From positions 283,393 to 347,392 of the IMG/VR virus record IMGVR_UViG_3300042879_006196: a stretch of DNA of 64,000 nucleotides. One strand, given 5' to 3'. The first letter of the stretch is position 1, and every line of letters begins with the position of its first letter. Of the stretch, positions 49,791 through 59,315 are shown piece after piece. The notes beneath the pieces are model-generated. The model saw only the letters and a list, made by a program, of their open reading frames with translations. It did not search any database and was not told the origin of the DNA. Both the position numbers and the translations under genes were made by a program.

Positions 49791-50231
49791 TTAATTCACT
49801 GTTATATTCCTTCTTAAATTGTCTGCCGCAAATTGCATTATAGCTGGGATCTGAGGGACAGCTGATAAACCTCCCATTTGCGATTGGTTAGTCAAAGTAG
49901 TTACAGTAGTTACAGTAGTTACAGTAGTTACAGTAGCAAGCGTAAGGTTTGCTGTTATTGAATCTAAAAGTATCCTCAAACGTCCTGATGTATCAGGATA
50001 AGCTAAACCAATTGTTCGGTTCAAGGATTGCACACTCATCCTAATTGCCTCTAAACATTCAACAATTTCTCCTTGTGTAATTGTAGCAGGTAATGGATTT
50101 GTCAAAGAGACATCTGTGGCAGTGCCATCCTCACCAAATGATTGTTTTACTCTTTGGTATTGAATACCTCCAACATCATCTGAGGCTATGAGTGTAGAAC
50201 CGCTAGGTGCATAGTTTACATTATCTGGCAT
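49791..50231 (-). CDS. Putative virion protein with VTT repeats
   Basis: YQRVK..GEDG..DVS..NPLP motif; (VTT)n. Confidence 0.55.
   Translation of the reverse strand: MPDNVNYAPSGSTLIASDDVGGIQYQRVKQSFGEDGTATDVSLTNPLPATITQGEIVECLEAIRMSVQSLNRTIGLAYPDTSGRLRILLDSITANLTLATVTTVTTVTTVTTLTNQSQMGGLSAVPQIPAIMQFAADNLRRNITVN
49896..49936. repeat. Tandem 9-bp repeat (AGTAGTTAC) x4.5
   Basis: Seen directly; encodes VTT on the minus strand. Confidence 0.9.
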
Positions 50232-50280
50232 TATTTATATTTTACATCTAAAACACAATCTCACCTTTTTTAAATAAAAA

Positions 50281-50302
50281 AGGGAGGCGTTGTAGCCTCC
50301 CT
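50281..50302 (-). terminator. dnaK terminator
   Basis: AGGGAGGC..GCCTCCCT with an A run (U tract on minus strand). Confidence 0.8.
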
Positions 50303-50324
50303 TCTATTTTAGTTCAATTGATGA

Positions 50325-52190
50325 TTAATCAACTACTTCAGCGTCCACAACATTAGGATCTATCACTTCTTCATTAGACCCTTGAACATTTTGGTACAAT
50401 ACTTCTGAAAGTTTATGTGAAACTTGCAGTAGGTTGTCTTTAGCTGTTTGAATTTGATTTTTGTCATTTGTTTTTAAAGCTTCTTTAGTTTTTTCTAAAG
50501 CTTCTTGAACATCATCAATCAAGTTTTGCTCTGCTTTATCTTTCGACATTTCAATCGTGGTTTCTATACTAGAGCACAAAGTTTCAGTCTCATTCTTCAA
50601 GAGAATAAACTCTTTTGCTTCTTTATCTGCTTCAGCATATTCTTCAGCCTCTTTGATCATTCGATCAATTTCATCTTTTTCCAAGTTCGAAGATTGTGTG
50701 ATTGTGATACTTTGCTCTTTGCCAGTTCCAAGATCTTTTGCTTTCACACTTAAAATACCATTGGCATCTAAAGAAAACTCCACTTCGATTTGTGGGATTC
50801 TTGCTGGCGCAGGAGCAATCCCCGAAAGATTGAACATACCCAAGCTTTTGTTGTCTTTGGCAATAGGTCTTTCGCCTTGTAAGATATGAATAGTAACCTC
50901 AGTCTGATTATTAACAGCAGTGGTATATACACTCTTTTTCTGTGTCGGAATAGTCGTGTTTTTTTCAATAAGCACATCAACCATTCCTCCATTTACTTCA
51001 ACACCCAAACTCAAAGGAGTGACATCTAAAAGAATAATGTCCTTGACATCTCCTGCCAAAATGCCTCCTTGAACTGCCGCTCCAAGAGCCACTGCCTCAT
51101 CAGGATTCACACCTTTAGATGGCTCTAAGCCTGTAATTTCCTTAATCAAACTTTGAACACAAGGGATTCGTGAACTACCACCAACAAGAATTACTTCATT
51201 AATCTTAGATTTGTCCACACCTTCCTTGAGAGCATTTAGCAATGGTTTTTTGATTCGATCCAAGAGGGGTTTCACCATAGATTCAAAATTAGCCTTAGTC
51301 AATTCTAAATCAACATGCAATGGATTTCCATCCACTGCTGTAATGTAAGGAAGATTTATTGATGTGGTTGCCTGTGAAGAAAGTTCAATTTTAGCTTTTT
51401 CTGAAGCTTCTTTCACTCTTTGCATTGCCGCTGAATCTTTGCTGATATCTACACCAGTAGATTTTTTTGTTTCAGAAACAATCCATTCCGATACTTTATT
51501 ATCAAAATCATCTCCACCTAAATGACTATCTCCTGAAGTGCTCAAAACCTCAAATGTTCCATCACCAATATCGAGAATAGAAACATCAAAAGTTCCTCCA
51601 CCAAGGTCGAAAACCAAAATATAACCTTCTTTATCCTTGCTTACACCATAAGCCAAAGCCGCAGCTGTTGGCTCATTGATGATTCTCACTACTTCAAGCC
51701 CAGCAATTTCTCCTGCATTTTTTGTAGCTTGTCTTTGTGAGTCATCAAAGTAAGCAGGGACAGTAATCACTGCTTTACTAACAGTGGTTCCTAAGTAACT
51801 TTCAGCATCCACTTTAATTTTTTGAAGAACTGCCGCTGAAATTTCTTCTGGTGTAAAATCTTTACCCACCGCAGGAATTTCAATTACAGCTAAGCCCTTT
51901 TTGTTTTTCTTAACCTTATAACTAACTTTACCCACTTCATTAGAAATCTCATCATACTTGTGTCCCATAAAACGCTTGACAGATGAGATTGTGTTTTTGT
52001 GATTAGTGACAGCACTCCGTTTTGCAGAAATGCCAACAATCCGCTCACCATCTTTTTTCCACGATACTACGGAAGGAATAGTTCTATTTCCTTCAGATGA
52101 CGAAATCACTTTAGCTTCACCAGCTTCCATGATAGCAACGCACGAATTAGTCGTGCCAAGGTCGATTCCTAATATGTATTCTTTTGCCAT
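50325..52190 (-). CDS. dnaK: Chaperone DnaK (Hsp70)
   Basis: GIDLGTTNS, TVPAYF, DLGGGTFD, LVGGSSRIP, DAEVVD; start set 12 nt after TGTATA. Confidence 0.97.
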   Translation of the reverse strand: MAKEYILGIDLGTTNSCVAIMEAGEAKVISSSEGNRTIPSVVSWKKDGERIVGISAKRSAVTNHKNTISSVKRFMGHKYDEISNEVGKVSYKVKKNKKGLAVIEIPAVGKDFTPEEISAAVLQKIKVDAESYLGTTVSKAVITVPAYFDDSQRQATKNAGEIAGLEVVRIINEPTAAALAYGVSKDKEGYILVFDLGGGTFDVSILDIGDGTFEVLSTSGDSHLGGDDFDNKVSEWIVSETKKSTGVDISKDSAAMQRVKEASEKAKIELSSQATTSINLPYITAVDGNPLHVDLELTKANFESMVKPLLDRIKKPLLNALKEGVDKSKINEVILVGGSSRIPCVQSLIKEITGLEPSKGVNPDEAVALGAAVQGGILAGDVKDIILLDVTPLSLGVEVNGGMVDVLIEKNTTIPTQKKSVYTTAVNNQTEVTIHILQGERPIAKDNKSLGMFNLSGIAPAPARIPQIEVEFSLDANGILSVKAKDLGTGKEQSITITQSSNLEKDEIDRMIKEAEEYAEADKEAKEFILLKNETETLCSSIETTIEMSKDKAEQNLIDDVQEALEKTKEALKTNDKNQIQTAKDNLLQVSHKLSEVLYQNVQGSNEEVIDPNVVDAEVVD

Positions 52191-52247
52191 ATAAATAATA
52201 TACAAAAAAATAATAAAAAAAGTTGCTTTTTTTTCATACTTAAATCA

Positions 52248-52274
52248 ATTGCACTTAAATGACTTGAGTGTTAT
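52248..52274. promoter_or_regulatory. Degenerate CIRCE (HrcA operator)
   Basis: ATTGCACTT-N9-GAGTGTTAT versus TTAGCACTC-N9-GAGTGCTAA, 58 bp upstream of dnaK. Confidence 0.55.
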
Positions 52275-52333
52275 ATTATCAATAGTCTTATGTTATTTTT
52301 TTCCAGGTTTAACATTTTTGATTTATAATAGTC

Positions 52334-52573
52334 ATGAATAATTCGTATAATTCTTATAAAGAGTACTCAGATGATTTTATCACAAATCATCCTGAGCTTT
52401 TCGACAGAGTGATGCTTAAAGTAAATGCTACAATTAAGCTAAGTTTTGAAGCACACAGTGATTCCACTGAAGAAGATTTGTTAAAAATGGCGCGACAATT
52501 CATCGCAGATGGTGGCGAGATTGTGTGTGAGATGGATTTTACAAATCCTAATGATGAGGTTTGGGAGAAATAA
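52334..52573 (+). CDS. Hypothetical protein
   Basis: Follows the CCAGGTTTAACA-N9-TATAAT motif. Confidence 0.55.
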   Translation: MNNSYNSYKEYSDDFITNHPELFDRVMLKVNATIKLSFEAHSDSTEEDLLKMARQFIADGGEIVCEMDFTNPNDEVWEK

Positions 52574-52577
52574 AACT

Positions 52578-52976
52578 ATGAAAGAAACAGAAAAAATTGC
52601 AAAAGATATGGCACAGACAAATGAAAATACATTAACTGCCGAAGAAGAACTAGAACTTAGGTTCCTTACCGCTTATTCAGAAGGTATGGATTCTTTCATC
52701 AAGTTTATTTTAAGCTATATTGGCATCTCGGCAATAATCATAACTTCTATCAATCTTTATAATTTGTATACTGGCAAGCTTATAAGTAGCGTAGCTGGTC
52801 AACAACTTTTTGTTTTTTCTGAAGAATTTTTTGAAGTAAATACTTTTGAAATACTTAATTGGTGTATTATTACTGGATTTCCTCTTGGCTTGTTAAGTCC
52901 ATTTTTATTTAACTTTTGGGATGAATTGAAAAACTTTTGGGATAAATTGAAAAAAAGTAAGGAGAAAAACTCATGA
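52578..52976 (+). CDS. Hypothetical membrane protein
   Basis: GGAG RBS, two TM segments. Confidence 0.55.
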   Translation: MKETEKIAKDMAQTNENTLTAEEELELRFLTAYSEGMDSFIKFILSYIGISAIIITSINLYNLYTGKLISSVAGQQLFVFSEEFFEVNTFEILNWCIITGFPLGLLSPFLFNFWDELKNFWDKLKKSKEKNS

Positions 52977-53317
52977 AAAATACATTTTTAATTGTAACAA
53001 TATTAGCTTTTAATCTAGTTGGATGTGGCAATTTGAAGCAATCAAGTTCAAAGACCACTGTCTTACCAAGTGGAATTAAACTTAAAATTGAAAATAAACC
53101 TAACAATTCAATAACTGAACCATATCTTACATTCGCTACCTATTACATACCCGCAGACCAAAAATTTGTTCACTTCAGAAAATATGAGTTTTCTTATGAG
53201 GGTCAAATGACAACCAGAATGCGGAGACAGGATGATGCTTATGATGTCTATACAATTGCTTCATGTGGTCCTAAAATAACTATTGTAGAGGAAAAGCCCA
53301 TTGGAGAAATAAAATGA
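52973..53317 (+). CDS. Lipoprotein, paralog A
   Basis: LVGC lipobox; paralog of 54070. Confidence 0.7.
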   Translation: MKNTFLIVTILAFNLVGCGNLKQSSSKTTVLPSGIKLKIENKPNNSITEPYLTFATYYIPADQKFVHFRKYEFSYEGQMTTRMRRQDDAYDVYTIASCGPKITIVEEKPIGEIK

Positions 53318-53622
53318 CACAATCTGAATTTTTAGAAGAAAAACAAAAAAAGAAAAAAAAATTTGAGAAACTTTTTTTGGAGGAATTTAATTCTGAATTG
53401 GCAAAATACTTCAGAACAGCATGCCCTAGAATTTATGTTGACACAAGTTATTATTTCAGTAAAAAAGAAGCGCTTGCAATTATTGCGTCTGAGCATCCTG
53501 ATTTAAAATTAAGATTGCGATTTTATCGTCAAGTTGATAACATGTACACACGACATAGTTTACAGTATAAATTTACTCCAAAAAGAAAATTCACAATCTT
53601 TGGGCGTGAGGTTTGGATTTAA
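53314..53622 (+). CDS. Hypothetical protein
   Basis: ATGA overlap. Confidence 0.55.
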   Translation: MTQSEFLEEKQKKKKKFEKLFLEEFNSELAKYFRTACPRIYVDTSYYFSKKEALAIIASEHPDLKLRLRFYRQVDNMYTRHSLQYKFTPKRKFTIFGREVWI

Positions 53623-53639
53623 TTTTGTATAAATAGTTT

Positions 53640-53936
53640 ATGACAGAAAAAACTTCAATTTCAGATACATCAGAAACTCTATCCACAGCCCGAAACTTTG
53701 AGGGTACATTAGCTTTTGGCTCTTGGGCATATAATGATATGCAAAAACTTTTCTTAGGAAATGCTGAAGGGTGTGTTGGCTATTGGGTTTTGCATGATAA
53801 ATTGGGATTTTATACTAAAAGAAGACCAAATTGGATACAAAAACTTGCTGGAAAATTCTTCTTCGGTTTGAAGTGGGTTGATGATGCAGAAACACCAAAA
53901 AAACTTATGGATAAATTCAAAGCACAAAACGCATGA
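53640..53936 (+). CDS. Hypothetical protein (VGxWV...PNW...GxKWxD), paralog of 57140
   Basis: Shared motif. Confidence 0.6.
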   Translation: MTEKTSISDTSETLSTARNFEGTLAFGSWAYNDMQKLFLGNAEGCVGYWVLHDKLGFYTKRRPNWIQKLAGKFFFGLKWVDDAETPKKLMDKFKAQNA

Positions 53937-54069
53937 TTGTTTTTACCTATTTTGTTTTAGCTGTATTTTTTTTAACCATTTTTTTTCTTATAATTGAGTT
54001 TGAGCCAGAAATAATACAACAAATGGATTAGTGGTTTCGTATATTCTTTTTGTGAAAACAGAAAAACTC

Positions 54070-54462
54070 ATGAAAAATACCTTTTTAATTATAGCAACAC
54101 TGGCTTTTACTTTGGTTGGGTGTGAAAATACAAGGCAATCAAGTTCAAAAACCATTGACTTACCCACGGGAATCAAACTTAAACTTGAAAAGATACCCAA
54201 CAAGTGTAATTCATATGATCCATATGTTATAGTTGCTACGTATTACATTCCTTCAGACCAAAAATTTGTTAATTTCAAACAATTTGAGCTTTCTTGGAGA
54301 GGCGAAAAATATTATGAGGATTATGAGGGTCAAATCACAACCAGAAAACGAACAAAGGATGATGGCTATGATACCTATACAATTGCTACAGGAGCTCAAT
54401 TTGAAGCTGCATGCAGTCCTGCGATAACGATAATAGAAGAAAAGCCTTTTGGAGAAAAATGA
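54070..54462 (+). CDS. Lipoprotein, paralog B
   Basis: LVGC lipobox; followed by an MTQSE remnant of the 53314 gene. Confidence 0.7.
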   Translation: MKNTFLIIATLAFTLVGCENTRQSSSKTIDLPTGIKLKLEKIPNKCNSYDPYVIVATYYIPSDQKFVNFKQFELSWRGEKYYEDYEGQITTRKRTKDDGYDTYTIATGAQFEAACSPAITIIEEKPFGEK

Positions 54463-54522
54463 CACAATCTGAATTATTTATTACTTAAAGACCGTATATG
54501 GAAAGAGGAATGAGAACAAATC

Positions 54523-55131
54523 ATGAAAAAATTTATCGGATTGTATTGGAAAATTGAAAAAAGCAAAGATGGACTTTGGGCTAACTATGACAAAAGTGGG
54601 CATAAAATAAATCATGTCGTAGCTTGTCAAGTAGCCAAAGAAAGTGACATTAAAGCTTTCGTATTCATTTTAGGAAAGTATATGCTCATAGTGGCTAAGT
54701 TAATTGATGTCACAACTGGTAAACAAAAGGCATTTGGTGCCAAAGATAGACCAGTTACAGAAGCAATCAAAAGAAAGCCTGAAAGAGTCAGGGAAGTAGG
54801 AGTGATGCATCTTAATATTCCAGAGGTTAAGCCTCCTATGCCGACAGCACCTGCACAACCTCCCCAGAAAAAAGACAAATTAGAAGAAGAATTGAAACGA
54901 ATTGAGTCTTTAGACGCTGAAATCAAGCGACTTAGATTGCAAGAAGCCAATAACATTTTGCTTGCTTGGGGTGGGGTATGCCCTTCTGATTGGGCAATTT
55001 CTGGTGACCCAACACAAATGGCTGAAATTATTAGGCAAAGAGGTGACGAATTGCAAACAGAGAATTTACGACTCAAATCCGAGTTGATTGAGGTCACCAA
55101 AATTCTTAAGATTTTGGAGGATGAGGAATGA
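54523..55131 (+). CDS. Hypothetical protein
   Basis: Packed ORF. Confidence 0.55.
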   Translation: MKKFIGLYWKIEKSKDGLWANYDKSGHKINHVVACQVAKESDIKAFVFILGKYMLIVAKLIDVTTGKQKAFGAKDRPVTEAIKRKPERVREVGVMHLNIPEVKPPMPTAPAQPPQKKDKLEEELKRIESLDAEIKRLRLQEANNILLAWGGVCPSDWAISGDPTQMAEIIRQRGDELQTENLRLKSELIEVTKILKILEDEE

Positions 55132-55415
55132 GCGAACAAAAAGCCCAGCGAGAAGCCTATATTCGAGCTTCTGACCAACGAATTGCAAATTGGACAGAAG
55201 CTAAACGTGAAGCGTTTCAAAAGGCTGTCGAAAAAATTAAGCCATTGGAAGAAGTCAAACCGTTGGAAGAAGTCAAACCAGAACCGATTGAGTTTGAGTT
55301 CATTCCGTCCCTAGAGATGGTAAAAGATTCGTGGTTAGGAGAGCATATTCCGATGGAAGCTATTGGCAAAAAATTCAAGTGCATCCAGATTTTGGAGGAG
55401 GAGGAAGAAAAATGA
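55128..55415 (+). CDS. Hypothetical protein
   Basis: Strong RBS, ATGA overlap. Confidence 0.55.
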   Translation: MSEQKAQREAYIRASDQRIANWTEAKREAFQKAVEKIKPLEEVKPLEEVKPEPIEFEFIPSLEMVKDSWLGEHIPMEAIGKKFKCIQILEEEEEK

Positions 55416-55729
55416 AAAAAGCAAGTCGTGCACCAATATATACGGCGTGTGTATATCCAGATTTGGCTGAAATTTGTCGCGAGGCTGGCTATGCATTAGC
55501 AGTGCATGGTTCACTTGCCAGAGATTTTGACCTTGTTGCTATACCTTGGGTAGAAAATGTTATTATCCCAGAAATAGTTGTGCAGGAAATAACAAAAAAA
55601 TTCTCTGTCAAACAAATAGGCGAGCCAGAGTGTAAATTACATGGGAGATTGTGTTATACCTTAGCATGGATGGGTGAAGCGTTTATAGATTTTTCGTTCA
55701 TGCCTGTGCAAACACAAGAATTAAAATGA
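55412..55729 (+). CDS. Conserved phage protein, minimal NTase-like
   Basis: GYALAVHGSLARDFDLVAIPW. Confidence 0.65.
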   Translation: MKKASRAPIYTACVYPDLAEICREAGYALAVHGSLARDFDLVAIPWVENVIIPEIVVQEITKKFSVKQIGEPECKLHGRLCYTLAWMGEAFIDFSFMPVQTQELK

Positions 55730-56008
55730 ATACAAGCATGACAGTTCGTTGCGTTCAGATTTTGGAGGAAGAGAAGAAATGACCTTCTTTCAAGGTTTAC
55801 TAATGTTTCTATATGTCGTTTGTATTTTGGAAAGTGCGAGCCTCATAGTGACCGTTTTATATCATGAATTGTGTCCTCGTAGCACAGAGGAGTTTCGATG
55901 AGCAAAATGACATTCTTCCAAAGTTCGATGGACGCTTTAGTATTCCTATTAGCCATAATCTGTGTCTTAATCTGCATTGTTGGGCATTTGCTAACGCGGA
56001 GGAGATGA

Positions 56009-56278
56009 ATGAGTATGAGTAGGATTATTATTGACAACAAAAGCAGTTTGCCAGATTATGATGCAGTAACAATGGTGCGAAGAGTAATGTCTGATGGATT
56101 TCAAAGCACAGAAACAATTCAAGGAGAAAAAAATGTTCCTAAGTATTGCCATGCAACTGCTTTCAAACGTGAATTCAACGGTAAGAAAACTATCGTTTGG
56201 GCAAGACCACGAAAGACAAAACAAAGTGCATATTCTTTCTTGGTTTACGATGAACAGGAGAAGAAAGAGCATGAGTGA
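56009..56278 (+). CDS. Hypothetical protein, paralog of 57686
   Basis: MSRIII.N.SSLPD..AV..V.RVMSDGF.S.ETIQGEKN.PKYCH. Confidence 0.7.
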   Translation: MSMSRIIIDNKSSLPDYDAVTMVRRVMSDGFQSTETIQGEKNVPKYCHATAFKREFNGKKTIVWARPRKTKQSAYSFLVYDEQEKKEHE

Positions 56279-56591
56279 CGCTGAAATTAAAAGACTTACT
56301 TATGATGAAATCATTGATTTAAGAAACAAACGGCAACAAGAAGAAATCAACAAAGAGCTTGAAAAAATTGCAGAAAAAGTAGCAAAAAAAATTGAATATT
56401 TTATATGCGGTCTTAATTGGGACCCTAAAATTGAAAGTGGACTAAAAGAACGGTTACCTTTAACTATGATTGAGGAATATTTGAGTGCACAATTTACAGT
56501 TCAGTTTAAGGTTCAAGTGCTCCACGGATTACCTGGGGGTAAAGATACATTATATGTTGATCTATGTGGTGGGGTGAATGAGCATGAGTAA
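56271..56591 (+). CDS. Hypothetical protein
   Basis: Packed ORF. Confidence 0.5.
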   Translation: MSDAEIKRLTYDEIIDLRNKRQQEEINKELEKIAEKVAKKIEYFICGLNWDPKIESGLKERLPLTMIEEYLSAQFTVQFKVQVLHGLPGGKDTLYVDLCGGVNEHE

Positions 56592-57147
56592 CTACGAGAA
56601 AGCAGTAGCAGTTGATTCCAATGAAGATCTTTCACGATACAACTTCAAAGTGGGTACCGAGCAAGTGGAATTATTGTTTGTTAATGAGGTGATGGATACT
56701 CCATCGCTAAGTTTTACAAGAGTTTTAGAATTTGAACTAGGAGAAGAAATGACAAAAAAATTAACTTATTTAAAAGAAAAAACACCAGAACAAAAGATGT
56801 TCAAAGAAGTGACTGAGCTTCTTAAATTAGACGGATGGGTAGAAGTTGACGAAGACTTTGCTGGCAAGGTGGCGCTCATTTTTACTGTTTATGGAGACAT
56901 CGTGCATCGGTATGTAGAGTGGGATTCAGATTATTCTGAGTGGCATCAATGTAGCTTTTATTATCCAACATTTTATATGAGTGATAGGGCAAGTTGGGAT
57001 GATATTGATGATTACAGCGTGGCACTTATGGGGGCTTTGACGATTCCAAAGTTAACCGAAAAAACTAAAGAAGCATTGCAAATTATGAATGATTTTTATC
57101 AGGCAGAACAAATGGAGATGAAAAATGAAAGAACAAAAGATGAATGA
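56578..57147 (+). CDS. Hypothetical protein
   Basis: Packed ORF. Confidence 0.55.
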   Translation: MSMSNYEKAVAVDSNEDLSRYNFKVGTEQVELLFVNEVMDTPSLSFTRVLEFELGEEMTKKLTYLKEKTPEQKMFKEVTELLKLDGWVEVDEDFAGKVALIFTVYGDIVHRYVEWDSDYSEWHQCSFYYPTFYMSDRASWDDIDDYSVALMGALTIPKLTEKTKEALQIMNDFYQAEQMEMKNERTKDE

Positions 57148-57328
57148 AACTAATCTAATAAACCATTCCTACAAACACATCAAAGGATTTGATGACGAGA
57201 CAGATTATCCTGTTGGTCACTGGGTAATCAACTCGTCATACTTTGTCGGGGTTAAAACAAAACCAAACTGGTTAAACCGTCAGATGACTCGTATTTTGCT
57301 TGGTTGGAAGTGGGAGGACAGAAAATGA
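57140..57328 (+). CDS. Hypothetical protein, paralog of 53640
   Basis: VGHWV...KPNWL...GWKWED. Confidence 0.6.
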   Translation: MNETNLINHSYKHIKGFDDETDYPVGHWVINSSYFVGVKTKPNWLNRQMTRILLGWKWEDRK

Positions 57329-57693
57329 GTGAATGGCAACCAATAGAAACAGCACCCGAAAATGAGTATATTTTGATAAGATATTATAAAGGTGGAAAAA
57401 GCTATAGAACAAAAGTAACCAAAGAATATATTATTACCCAAGCTAAAGCCAATCCAATTTATGAACATGCTGAGCCACTTAACATCAATAATATTTTTAA
57501 TCAATGTCGCTATTTTACTACATCACCTGAGCCTTGGAATGCTGAACACATTACTGTAAAAACTGATTTTGTTGAGTGGGTGGATGGGCTTCAGCGTTTA
57601 ATCAGTAATACATCCAGTAAGGTGCAGAAAAACCATGTTACGCACTGGATGCCACTGCCAGAACCCCCTAAAGAGACGAATAAAGATGAGTAG
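57325..57693 (+). CDS. DUF551-like phage protein
   Basis: WQPIETAP...VTHWMPLPEPP. Confidence 0.75.
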   Translation: MSEWQPIETAPENEYILIRYYKGGKSYRTKVTKEYIITQAKANPIYEHAEPLNINNIFNQCRYFTTSPEPWNAEHITVKTDFVEWVDGLQRLISNTSSKVQKNHVTHWMPLPEPPKETNKDE

Positions 57694-57955
57694 AATCATT
57701 ATTGAAAATATAAGTTCGTTGCCTGATGACGAGGCAGTAAGATTAGTACAACGAGTAATGTCTGACGGTTTTCTTAGCAAAGAAACAATACAGGGAGAAA
57801 AAAATATCCCAAAGTATTGCCACGTCACTTCTTTCAAGGAAATGTCATCTTGTGTCAGACATATTGTGGAAGCAAGATCACGCAAAACAAAAACTTCTGC
57901 CTATTCATTCAGAGTTTACACTTCTTATATAGATTGTGTGGAGGAGGAATCATAA
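57686..57955 (+). CDS. Hypothetical protein, paralog of 56009
   Basis: Direct similarity. Confidence 0.7.
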   Translation: MSRIIIENISSLPDDEAVRLVQRVMSDGFLSKETIQGEKNIPKYCHVTSFKEMSSCVRHIVEARSRKTKTSAYSFRVYTSYIDCVEEES

Positions 57956-57989
57956 TATGAAATTGCCAATAGGTTTTGATGAGCCAATT

Positions 57990-59315
57990 GTGAACTACCT
58001 CACCCATAAAGGGAGAGGCTTCCTGTTTCATAGTCGTTAGCAACCTAACAATTCCACAGGCGTTGATTCGGCTTGTTCCAAGCCTATAAATCTCATTAAA
58101 TTTTGACGATTGAATGCCATTTCTTTAATGTTGATAGCAGCATTAATATCACGATCATGTGTAACTCCACAAGGACATTGCCATACACGATCTTTTAATG
58201 TTAATTCTCGATTGACATAGCCACAGATAGAACAAGTTTTTGAACTAGGTTCAAATCTTCCAATATCTAATAACCATTTCCCATTCCATTCACATTTATA
58301 TTCTAAAAATGAACGAAACATTCCCCATCCTACATCGGATATGGATTTTGCTAATCTATGATTTCTGATCATTCCTTGTGTGTTTAAATCTTCTATACAT
58401 AACACATCAATTTGGTTCTCATTAACGAGTTCATGTGAGATTTTATGAAGGAAATCTTTTCTTTGATTAGAAACTTTTTCATGTAACTTAGCGAGTTTTA
58501 CTCGCTGTTTGTTTTGATTATTACTACCTTTATTCATTCTTGAAAATCGACGTTGCATTCGTTTTAATTTTTCTTCTGACTTTTTAAGGAAACGTGGATT
58601 ATTAATTTTGTCACCTTCCGACGTAATAACAAAATGTGTCAATCCAAGATCAACACCTATAGCTCTGTCTTTGTTGAGTTCTGGTTTAGCAGGAATATTT
58701 TCATCAATTTCAACTAATATAGAAGCATAATATTTTCCAGTAGATGATTTACTAATTGTAATTGATTTAACTTTTCCTTCAAAATGACGATGCAAAACAG
58801 CTTTAATATTTTTAGCTTTAGGAATTGAAATTGTATTTAATTCAAAATCCACAACACACGATTGAGGATTCATAAATGAAGACTTACTGAATTTCTTGCT
58901 TTTAAATTTTGGAAATCCTTTCTTTTCTTTAAAGAATCTACTAAATGCAGAATCCAAATTAGCAGTTACAGCTTGTAACGCTTGTGAATTAACATTTGTC
59001 AGCCAATGGTGTTCTTCTTTAAGTTCTTTAAGTTTTGCATCCATTTCAAATTTAGTTAATTTCTGTTTTCCATTCACATACATTTCTGTTTTCAGTTCAA
59101 GAAAATAATTATATACAAATCTCGCACAACCAAAAGAACTTTCAATTAATTGAATTTGCTCTTGATTAGGTTTGATTCTATACTTATATGCCTTAAACAT
59201 ATAAATAATTTCTGCTTATTTTCTAGTCACACCTATTTTTCGACTAGAAATTTTATAATATTTTTTAATAATTCAGCAATTCATCCCCACTGACGAGCAG
59301 ATGGGGCTTTCTTGC
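57990..59315 (-). mobile_element. TnpB-only IS200/IS605 element 2
   Basis: Same left- and right-end hairpins and GTAGTTCAC end as element 1. Confidence 0.85.
58037..59200 (-). CDS. tnpB: RNA-guided endonuclease TnpB
   Basis: GVDLG, IEDL, CSIC..CPC, DRDINAA. Confidence 0.95.
   Translation of the reverse strand: MFKAYKYRIKPNQEQIQLIESSFGCARFVYNYFLELKTEMYVNGKQKLTKFEMDAKLKELKEEHHWLTNVNSQALQAVTANLDSAFSRFFKEKKGFPKFKSKKFSKSSFMNPQSCVVDFELNTISIPKAKNIKAVLHRHFEGKVKSITISKSSTGKYYASILVEIDENIPAKPELNKDRAIGVDLGLTHFVITSEGDKINNPRFLKKSEEKLKRMQRRFSRMNKGSNNQNKQRVKLAKLHEKVSNQRKDFLHKISHELVNENQIDVLCIEDLNTQGMIRNHRLAKSISDVGWGMFRSFLEYKCEWNGKWLLDIGRFEPSSKTCSICGYVNRELTLKDRVWQCPCGVTHDRDINAAINIKEMAFNRQNLMRFIGLEQAESTPVELLGC

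Noticed and set aside
49896-49936. Phase-variable repeat
   Set aside because: The 9-bp unit preserves frame; ordinary VTT low-complexity coding repeat.
54627-55220. Long antisense ORFs (also 16741, 40439, 50557, 62490 and similar)
   Set aside because: Shadows of better-supported genes on the opposite strand; no motifs or promoter signals.
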